Assembly: GCF_031769215.1 (NCBI RefSeq)
Contig: NW_026781869.1
Span: 558,001 to 622,000, forward strand
Length of the DNA: 64,000 nt
Direction: 5' to 3'
Source: Ylistrum balloti
Taxonomy: Eukaryota
Shown: piece after piece, positions 53,661-64,000 of the stretch
How the letters are laid out: every line of letters starts with the position of its first letter
Numbering within the stretch: the first letter of the stretch is position 1
The notes under the pieces: generated by a model
Database searches by the model: none
Seen by the model: only the letters and a program-made list of their open reading frames with translations
What the model was told of the DNA's origin: nothing
Translations under genes and position numbers: made by a program

Positions 53661-55654
53661 TACGTTAGGAATAAATCTGTTCCGTATTTGCAAGTAACGA
53701 TATTTTTTTCCAATATCAACAGGTGATATTAACACTACAGTATTTAGGTTTTAGTCAGCACAAATAAAGACAACCCATTAAAGCCATAAATAAGCTTTGT
53801 ATGTTTATATTGGATGGTAGATATTTCCCGCTGTGGACTCCGAGGGACTCCATGGGATGGTTTCAATTCTACATCATTAGGGAGTTCCACAGAGTCACCA
53901 ATGATTTGTTATCTAAATTTTTTGAGATATTTTTTCTTAGGACAGAAAACATTTATAATATGGTTTACAGTCTTTTCTTAGAGCCCCCGGAGAATCACAA
54001 TGGTTTGATTTCCAAACTCGGTCGTCGAGGTGCAGAAAACGGTCAATGGATTGGTTTTAAAACTTTTCTTTAGAATGCCCCAGATAGTAATCATTAGTTT
54101 GGTTTCCATACTTTATCAACGAGGGCTCAAGAGAATCACCGCTGTTTCCAAGATAATCAACAATTACCTAGTTTGCATGCTTTGTCGTAGAGGGACCTTG
54201 AGAATCAGAAATGATTCGGTTTCCATGGTTTTGCGTGCACGTCCCGTTAATCCAATGATACGATAACGATTTTTTTAATTCTACAATGACATCTCTGAGA
54301 CTTCCGAAGATCACAAAGGCTCTAATAAACTGATTTCTATAAGTCAGAAAAAAGAAACAAATTTCCCGCTATATTTACTTTATCTGAGTTCTTTCTATTT
54401 AAATAACGTATAGAAAAAATAAATCAACGTCTGTTGTATGTCGTGTTTTAAGCAACAACATTGCTCTTTGTAAGAATCAATTACATCTTAACTAATGTCA
54501 TTACTTCTTCACTGAAACCATATTAAATCTCAATGACATGAAAAGACTTTTACGTCATTTTAAGGGGGAAATAATTAAAATGACGAATCATTACAGATAT
54601 GTAAATTGGAAAATTAAGATAAAAAAAACTTCAAACTCGCTGAACGATATTAAGTTTTATTGCTGTTTAAATATTCAAAGACGGAACAAGATTTTGTAGA
54701 ATATCTTGTTAAGAATCAGTACTTTTCAGATGGTTATAGATGTTTGTCGGATATTAATCTAAAGGGCTATTTAATTGACATGTTAAGTTATGAGGTAAAT
54801 AGTTTGTATAATTTGTTAATGTATTGATTCACTAATATATATAAAGATATAAATGTTAAATTAATTCTAATGTGTGGTGATGATAGTGACAAACAAGAGT
54901 TTAAAAAGATATGTAATTTGTTGTATCCTATTTCTCCAACAAAGGTGTTATTGAAAAACATGTTAATTTTCTTTAAATATCTTGAATTCAAGCTAGATCA
55001 CGTCATAGAAAAAAACACGAAAATAACTATCAACTCTTTTATTACTAAAGTGTTTAAATAAAAAAATATACTATTACCAGATTCGTAAAAGCCAGTAATT
55101 ATTGGAACTACATCAATAAAGATATTTGTGTTTGAGAAAATGGACATTTTAAAGCGAATATGATGGATTGTATCTAAGCGTTAAAAGGTCCCAAATAGGC
55201 TCATTTGAAACCCATCAAACATATAGACAAGAATTCTATGTTATCTGATTGTAAAATAACAAAGACAATTTTCTATTCCCATTTTAAGTTCATACAAAAG
55301 CTTAAAGAAAATGGTGTATATTTTATGTGAGAACTTATACTGCTTAGCGTCTTTTTAAACAATAATATAAAGTCATCCAGTCGGAACTGAAAGCCAATTA
55401 CTGATGTGACTCAGCGTCACCTAGAAATCTTGAGAAAATAACTTTTAAGAAGTTTATTAAACAAATACATCTCAGCATGGATACATCACGAGAAAACTTA
55501 AATTATAAAGAAATCCACTCGGCCGTGACCGAACATACGAGAACGACATAAATGACTGAGTGTTGTATTTTCTATAACTCATTAAGTAGATCATATGTAC
55601 TTTTACGGACTGAAAAAGACATACTCATAGGATAATCCGCCTGTCATTAGTTAA

Positions 55655-58600
55655 AGGCCACTTGTTAAGTTTGGTGTGTTCTGTAAAGACCAATAGCCCG
55701 GCTACCTGTTAGAACAATGTGTTCTGAGGGTTGAACAACATGGCCACCCGTTAAGTTTGGTGTGTTCTGTAAAGACCAATAGCCCGGCTACCTGTTAGAA
55801 CAATGTGTTCTGAGGGTTGAACAACATGGCCACCCGTTAAGTTTGGTGTGTTCTGTAAAGACCAATAGCCCGGCTACCTGTTAGAACAATGTGTTCTGAG
55901 GGTTGAACAACATGGCCATCCGTTAAGTTTGGTGTGTTCTTTAAAGACCAATAGCCCGGCTACCTGTTAGAACAATGTGTTCTGAGGGTTGAACAACATG
56001 GCCACTTGTTAAGTTTGGTGTGTTCTGTAAAGACCAATAGCCCGGCTACCTGTTAGAACAATGTGTTCTGAGGGTTGAACAACATGGCCACCCGTTAAGT
56101 TTGGTGTGTTCTGTAAAGAACAATAGCCCGGCTACCTGTTAGAACAATCTAAAGTATGTACTCAACTGAAAGGCACACAAGCCCGGTGACCTGTTAGAAC
56201 AATGTGTTCTGAGGGTTGAACAACATGGCCACTTAAGTTTGGTGTGTTCTGTAAAGCCCACTAGCCCGGTTACCTGTTAGAACAATGTGTTCTGAGGGTT
56301 GAACAACATGGTTCCGTTAAGTTTGGTGTGTTCTTTAAAGCCCACGAGCCCGGCTACCTGTTAGAACAATGTGTTCTGAGGGTTGAACAACATGGCCACC
56401 CGTTAAGTTTGGTGTGTTCTGTAAAGAACAATAGCCCGGCTACCTGTTAGAACAATGTGTTCTGAGGAACAACATGGCCACCCGTTAAGTTTGGTGTGTT
56501 CTGTAAAGCCCAATAGCCCGGCTACCTGTTAGAACAATGTGTTCTGAGGGTTGAACAACATGGCCACCCGTTAAGTTTGGTGTGTTCTGTAAAGAACAAT
56601 AGCCCGGCTACCTGTTAGAACAATGTGTTCCGAGGGTTGAACAACATGGCCACCCGTTAAGTTTGGTGTGTTCTGTAAAGACCAATAGCCCGGCTACCTG
56701 TTAGAACAATGTGTTCTGAGGGTTGAACAACATGACCACCCGTTAAGTTTGGTGTGTTCCGTAAAGCCCACTAACCCGGTTACCTGTTAGAACAATGTGT
56801 TCTGAGGGTTGAACAACATGACCACCCGTTAAGTTTGGTGTGTTCTGTAAAGCCCATTAGCCCGGCTACCTGTTAGAACAATGTGTTCTGAGGGTTGAAC
56901 AACATGGCCACCCGTTAAGCTTGGTGTGTTCTTTAAAGCCCAATAGCCCGGCTACCTGTTAGAACAATGTTAAGTTTGGTGTATTCTGTAAAGCCCACTA
57001 GCCCGGTTACCTGTTAGAACAATGTGTTCTGAGGGTTGAACAACATGGCCATCCGTTAAGCTTGGTGTGTTCTTTAAAGCCCAATAGCCCGGCTACCTGT
57101 TAGAACAAAGACCAATAGCCCGGCTACCTGTTAGAACAATGTGTTCTGAGGGTTGAACAACATGGCCACCCGTTAAGTTTGGTGTGTTCTGTAAAGCCCA
57201 CTAGCCCGGTTACCTGTTAGAACAATGTGTTCTAAGGGGTTGAACAACATGGCCATCCGTTAAGCTTGGTGTGTTCTGTAAAGCCCAATAGCCCGGTTAC
57301 CTGTTAGAACAATGTGTTCTGAGGGTTGAACAACATGGCCATCCGTTAAGCTTGGTGTGTTCTTTAAAGCCCAATAGCCCGGCTACCTGTTAGAACAATG
57401 TGTTCTGAGGGTTGAACAACATGGCCACCCGTTAAGTTTGGTGTGTTCTGTAAAGCCCACTAGCCCGGTTACCTGTTAGAACAATGTGTTCTGAGGGTTG
57501 AACATCATGGCCATCCGTTAAGTTTGGTGTGTTCTTTAAAGCCCAATAGCCCGGCTACCTGTTAGAACAATGTTTTCTGAGGAACAACATGGCCACCCGT
57601 TAAGTTTGGTGTGTTCTGTAAAGCCCACTAACCCGGTTACCTGTTAGAACAATGTGTTCTGAGGGTTGAACAACATGACCACCCGTTAAGTTTGGTGTGT
57701 TCTGTAAAGCCCATTAGCCCGGCTACCTGTTAGAACAATGTTAAGTTTGGTGTGTTCTGTAAAGCCCACTAGCCCGGTCACCTGTTAGAACAATGTGTTC
57801 TGAGGGTTGAACAACATGGCCATCCGTTAAGTTTGGTGTGTTCTGTAAAGCCCATTAGCCCGGCTACCTGTTAGAACAATGTGTTCTGAGGGTTGAACAA
57901 CATGGCCACCCGTTAAGTTTGGTGTGTTCTGTAAAGCCCACTAGCCCGGTTACCTGTTAGAACAATGTGTTCTGAGGGTTGAACAACATGGCCATCCGTT
58001 AAGCTTGGTGTATTCTTTAAAGCCCAGTAGCCCGGCTTCCTGTCAGAACAATGTGTTCTGAGGGTTGAACAACATGGCCATCCGTTAAGCTTGGTGTGTT
58101 CTTTAAAGCCCAATAGCCCGGCTACCTGTTAGAACAATGTGTTCTGAGGGTTGAACAACATGGCCACCCGTTAAGTTTGGTGTGTTCTGTAAAGACCAAT
58201 AGCCCGGCTACCTGTTAGAACAATGTGTTCTGAGGGTTGAACAACATGGCCACCCGTTAAGTTTGGTGTGTTCTGTAAAGACCGATAGCCCGGCTACCTG
58301 TTAGAACAATGTGTTCTGAGGGTTGAACAACATGGCCACGGGTTAAGTTTGGTGTGTTCTGTAAAGCCCATTACACCTGTTAGAACAATGTGTTCTGAGG
58401 GTTGAACAACATGGCCATCCGTTAAGCTTGGTGTGTTCTTTAAAGCCCAATAGCCCGGCTACCTGTTAGAACAATGTTAAGTTTGGTGTGTTCTGTAAAG
58501 CCCACTAGCCCGGTTACCTGTTAGAACAATGTGTTCTAAGGGGTTGAACAACATGGCCATCCGTTAAGCTTGGTGTGTTCTTTAAAGCCCAATAGCCCGG

Positions 58601-60960
58601 CTACCTGTTAGAACAATGTGTTCTGAGGGTTGAACAACATGGCCACCAGTTAAGGTTGGTGTGTTCTGTAAAGACCAATAGCCCGGCTACCTGTTAGAAC
58701 AATGTGTTCTGAGGGTTGAACAACATGACCACCCGTTAAGTTTGGTGTGTTCTGTAAAGCCCATTAGCCCGGCTACCTGTTAGAACAATGTTAAGTTTGG
58801 TGTGTTCTGTAAAGCCCACTAGCCCGGTCACCTGTTAGAACAATGTGTTCTGAGGGTTGAACAACATGGCCATCCGTTAAGTTTGGTGTGTTCTTTAAAG
58901 CCCAGTAGCCCGGCTTCCTGTTAGAACAATGTGTTCTGAGGGTTGAACAACATGGCCACCCGTTAAGTTTGGTGTGTTCTGTAAAGCCCACTAGCCCGGT
59001 TACCTGTTAGAACAATGTGTTCTGAGGGTTGAACAACATGGCCATCCGTTAAGCTTGGTGTGTTCTTTAAAGCCCAATAGCCCGGCTACCTGTTAGAACA
59101 ATGTGTTCTGAGGGTTGAACAACATGGCCACTCCGTTAAGTTTGGTGTGTTCTTTAAAGCCCAATAGCCCGGCTACCTGTTAGAACAATGTGTTCTGAGG
59201 GTTGAACAACATGGCCACCCGTTAAGTTTGGTGTGTTCTGTAAAGACCAATAGCCCGGCTACCTGTTAGAACAATGTGTTCTGAGGGTTGAACAACATGG
59301 CCATCCGTTAAGCTTGGTGTGTTCTTTAAAGCCCAATTGGTGTGTTCTGTAAAGCCCACTAGCCCGGTTACCTGTTAGAACAATGTGTTCTGAGGGTTGA
59401 ACAACATGGCCATCCGTTAAGCTTGGTGTGTTCTTTAAAGCCCAATAGCCCGGCTAGCCCGGCTACCTGTTAGAACAATGTGTTCTGAGGGTTGAACAAC
59501 ATGGCCACCCGTTACGTTTGGTGTGTTCTGTAAAGCCCACTAGCCCGGTTACCTGTTAGAACAATGTGTTCTGAGGGTTGAACATCATGGCCATCCGTTA
59601 AGTTTGGTGTGTTCTTTAAAGCCCAATAGCCCGGCTACCTGTTAGAACAATGTGTTCTGAGGGTTGAACAACATGGCCACCCGTTAAGTTTGGTGTGTTC
59701 TGTAAAGCCCACTAGCCCGGTTACCTGTTAGAACAATGTGTTCTGAGGGTTGAACATCATGGCCATCCGTTAAGTTTGGTGTGTTCTTTAAAGCCCAATA
59801 GCCCGGCTACCTGTTAGAACAATGTGTTCTGAGGGTTGAACAACATGGCCATCCGTTAAGTTTGGTGTGTTCTTTAAAGCCCACTAGCCCGGCTACCTGT
59901 TAGAACAATGTGTTCTGAGGGTTGAACAACATGGCCACCCGTTAAGTTTGGTGTGTTCTGTAAAGACCAATAGCCCGGCTACCTGTTAGAACAATGTGTT
60001 CTGAGGGTTGAACAACATGGCCACTTGTTAAGTTTGGTGTGTTCTTTAAAGACCAATAGCCCGGTTACCTGTTAGAACAATGTGTTCTGAGGGTTGAACA
60101 ACATGGCCATCCGTTAAGCTTGGTGTATTCTTTAAAGCCCAGTAGCCCGGCTTCCTGTCAGAACAATGTGTTCTGAGGGTTGAACAACATGGCCATCCGT
60201 TAAGTTTGGTGTGTTCTTTAAAGCCCACTAGCCCGGCTACCTGTTAGAACAATGTGTTCTGAGGGTTGAACAACATGGCCACCCGTTAAGTTTGGTGTGT
60301 TCTGTAAAGCCCACTAGCCCTGCTACCTGTTAGAACAATGTGTTCTGGGGGTTGAACAACATGGCCATCCGTTAAGCTTGGTGTGTTCTTTAAAGCCCAA
60401 TAGCCCGGCTTCTTGTTAGAACAATGTGTTCTGAGGGTTGAACAACATGGCCACCCGTTAAGCTAGGTGTGTTCTTTAAAGCCCAATAGCCCGGCTACCT
60501 GTTAGAACAATGTGTTCTGAGGGTTGAACAACATGGCCACCCGTTAAGGTTGGTGTGTTCTGTAAAGATTAATAGCCAGGCTACCTGTTAGAACAATGTG
60601 TTCTGAGGATTGAACAATATGGCCACCCGTTAAGTTTGGTGTGTTCTGTAAAGCCCACTAACCCGGTTACCTGTTAGAACAATGTGTTCTGAGGGTTGAA
60701 CAACATGGCCACTTGTTTAGTTCTGTGTGTTATATAAAGTCCAATTACCCGGCTACGCGTTTGAACAATGTGTTGTAGTGGGTTGAACAACATGGCCACC
60801 TATTAAGTTCGGCATGTTCTATAAAATTGAATGTGTTCTCCTAGATGACAAGCATTATTACCCGATAATTTCGGTCTGTTCTGTAGATATGAGTAGATTT
60901 GCTATATTCTGTAAATTAGACAACAAGGCTACCTGTTCAGTTTTATTTGTGTTCTTCTGA
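55655..60960. repeat. 86-bp satellite, ~60 copies, built from two diverged 42/44-bp halves; degenerate tail after ~60700
   Basis: Unit cgttaagtttggtgtgttctgtaaagaccaatagcccggctacctgttagaacaatgtgttctgagggttgaacaacatggccacc. Period 86 measured from 55741 and 55827. Confidence 0.97.
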
Positions 60961-62191
60961 TATGTCTATGTCTTCGTTAACTATGGAAACCATACAGCCC
61001 AAAGTCCGCTGTGTTATGTGAAGATTTGGATCGTCGTATTCTGTAAATATGACAGTGCTGATTTTTCCGTCTTCAAATGACATTCAGTCATCGTTGGAGT
61101 CCCGATGTTCAGAACATTTCAAAACAAAGGAAATTGAGGATAATGCCCCTTACGAAACCATTGCCTTAAAACGACGTTTCGGAATCCTCATTATTTCGGA
61201 AGTCAATTTGGAAAATATCAAAATTCTAGAAATGCATTATAGCCGTTTTGACAAGGGAGTGTACTATATAACCCCAGGTAGGTGGTTTGCAGCCTTTCAG
61301 CAATATTTCCATAGAAGTTATTGTATAATATTACAATAGGTCTAAAAAAAACACTTAATTGCGTCCTATTCTTGTGTCTGAATGCCATTTCTAATTCATT
61401 ATCAGAACCGGCATATCTTATTCACATAATTGTTGATGGTGTAATTATTTTATTGTGTGAAATGTAACTGTTATCCTGCAGTTGAAAAATGAATTGGAAA
61501 AGTTAATTGGCAGAACAAAGATTAATATTTTCAAACAGAAATGTTTGGAGGGCGAGCATTTGCGTAGCTATAGTTGAACAAGTCTAAAGCATTGTGATAA
61601 AGAAATGATATATGAGTTCTGTTTATTGATTGTCAGTGTGTGTTTACTATAGATATAAACCATCTAATTGAAATGTACTGTATTTAATATCAACTTTGTG
61701 TTTATTTGAACAAAAATAGAAAAAAGCACCTTTAACTAAAGATAAAATATCTAGTAGTAATAAATCATTTAAATGTTATGATTCATAAATGTTTACTTTA
61801 AAATTATATGAAAACATCTTTGTACGTCATTGAGAAGTATGTTCACACAAGTCATAAAACGATATTCTTATTTGAAAGATTTACATTGTCTCCTATGGTG
61901 CCTATGTGGACTTAAATGGTAGGAGGTGAGGTGGGGGTCCACAAAAGAGGGGTACTACAACGATGATGATCCCCATCGGTAACCCTGTGGGTTCGGAAGA
62001 CGGAATGCCAGTTTCGAGTACCAGTGGGGGTCGGGACGGGGTACTGCAATGTTGTGTGTCTCGTTTGTTCCAGCTGAAGGTTTCGATGACCAATGAGGGT
62101 CGGGATGGGGTGCTGTAATGTTGTGTGTCTCGTTTGTGCCCCTTACCGGTTGATGTATGTCTCCTTTGTTACATCTGTAGATTTGGTAGGC

Positions 62192-62217
62192 GGGTGGGTC
62201 GGTTTGGGGTGGGTGGG
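62192..62217 (+). other. Canonical G-quadruplex-forming motif
   Basis: GGG-T-GGG-TCGGTTT-GGGG-T-GGG-T-GGG: five G-tracts with loops of 1-7 nt. Confidence 0.6.
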
Positions 62218-64000
62218 TTTGAAGGACGAGTCAGTGTTGGGGTCGAGTTGGGGTGCTATGCTACTCTAATTCCTTTTTGTGTTTTGAGGGCGAGAGGATG
62301 ACGGGTTTTAGGTACTACCATAATGCAAGTCTATTGTACCGCCCCTTTGGGTTTGGTGGGCGGTTAGGGATCGGGTTTGGTGCTTCCATGATTTGGGGGT
62401 TGTTTTTGTTTTTGTTTTTGTTTGTTTGTTTTTTTTGTTTTTTTGTTTTCTTTTTTTTTCTTCCCATTTGGGTTTGGTGAGCGGGTGGGGGACGGGATGG
62501 AGCACCACATGATGCTTTTCCTGTGGGATTTGAAGATGGGTCGACTTCGGGTTTGGATGCTGACATGATGTGATGATGAAAGAACTGAAATTCAATCCTG
62601 TAATTTCACGATGAGCATCTTCAAATTGTAACAACCCGCTGTATTTTATGTATATTCAACACAACCCTTTAACGAAAGCATCATTGTCGATCTTGAAGTT
62701 ACGTCATTAATTTCCTACAGAGAATGTCATTTGATCAATGGTCAATTGTCCTTTTAACAAGGTCGCATCCCAAATTGTATGGACAAATAATTCTAGTAAA
62801 CATTGGGTAATACAACTAACTCCAGCAACAGAACAGATGTAAACATTGACCAATGTCTTGTCGCGTCTTGTCATAATCATCATTTTGTACGGCGATAAAG
62901 AAGGCTCCTCATTTGCGCTATTCATGAAGGCAGTATTACGAATAATGTACTTCGATCTTCAATCAGGACGAGTCTGTTATATAATAAACAGCTCGGCGAG
63001 ACGTTATCAGCAATGGTTCTTTCTTATCACCAAGCTTTTATTTTCTCCAGACTTTGGTCATTCTAGGGACGGTTTTTCCATTACTTACGAGAGTTTTTTT
63101 CAAAATTAGATGTGGTGAAAGTTATTTTTAAACAAATTGAAAAACTGACCTAACCTAAGAAAACACGTGAAGCAATTAAGAATCCGTGGCTATATGTTTG
63201 TTTGCCGAGCTATGTCCATGGCTCAACCAACATGTTGTTCATTTGAATTTTGTGGTGAAAGTTTGGGCAAACACACGCGTCACAAATTATGGCACCAACA
63301 TAATACATCTCCCATATCGAATAAATTGGTAGAGGCTGTCGGAAATTCTACATTGATATAAATCAGTGTTGCGATAAAAATGTGGTTATATTTTTGTTAA
63401 AAACTGAAATGGTTTTCTCTTTTGTATTTGGCTTTTATTTCACGTATTCCTTATTTTGTTTACTCTTTTTGTATGCTGTTATCTCATCAGAATATGAAAA
63501 GAATATTAAAGCTCGTTTAATCTTAATTAGGTACTTGTCAAGTCTTTAAGAAGAAAATAAACCGTGACAGGTTCGTGACTTGCTTTAACCCACCGTTATA
63601 TGTAGTCATTCAGCCCCATGGCCTTTAGTTTCTCGTGACATGCCCTGTATTGTAGACAAACAATATGTTATCAATAGGTAACTGCTGTCAAGGTAAATCA
63701 ATGGTGTCGATTTCACAATAGGTTCTCTGTAATATGTTAATTGTATTTAAACAATGAACGTAACAAGTAAAACATTATCGTGGTTGTTTGTCTTTCTCCC
63801 TTTTCACCCTTTTTATCAATAACCGGCCACTTTTAACATCTTGATAAATATCTTTTGTCAATAGTGAGACAAAAGACCCAATGTGTCGAATCACCGTGTA
63901 ATTCTTTATCACAATAGTATTACGCACAGTATGCGATCATAGTTTTTAAAAGATTGAAGTTCTTTCTGACACTCATAAATCTTATTGGAACAGAATCTCG

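Noticed and set aside
55711-55725. Literal steroid-hormone (GR/AR/PR) regulation through the satellite
   Set aside because: NR3C receptors are not known in molluscs, so the match is reported only as a palindrome and Sox/DMRT-like site.
57913-60228. Near-identical 60-66 aa minus-strand ORFs
   Set aside because: They are translations of the 86-bp satellite.

Overview
AT-rich eukaryotic genomic DNA. The gene and repeat content point to a bivalve mollusc; this is inferred, not verified by a search. Two intact protein-coding genes are supported. The first is a cGAS-like receptor (Mab-21/cGLR nucleotidyltransferase with a TPR-like helical C-terminus), modelled as exon 713-814 spliced to exon 1951-4029, 726 aa. 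The second is a single-exon SoxB2 (Sox14/Sox21-like) gene at 42584-43387. Next to the cGLR lie a decayed duplicate of its 3' end (~7255-7645) and a decayed B-box/coiled-coil/NHL-type TRIM-like gene on the minus strand (~11930-13348). I found no other intact gene from ~13.4 kb to the end. That region holds a Penelope-like RT relic with dispersed copies of its tail, candidate cis-regulatory patches, and a likely decayed hammerhead ribozyme lies near the cGLR. Five unrelated tandem arrays (26, 28, 47, 52/113 and 86 bp units) cover roughly a fifth of the window. The most striking pattern is that four of the five arrays carry a palindrome in the repeat unit, several matching known transcription-factor sites. 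Examples are AGAACA-ATG-TGTTCT overlapping a Sox site in the 86-bp unit and an AP-1 site in the 52-bp unit. I found no tRNA, rRNA or CRISPR features. Most short ORFs in the supplied track look spurious.
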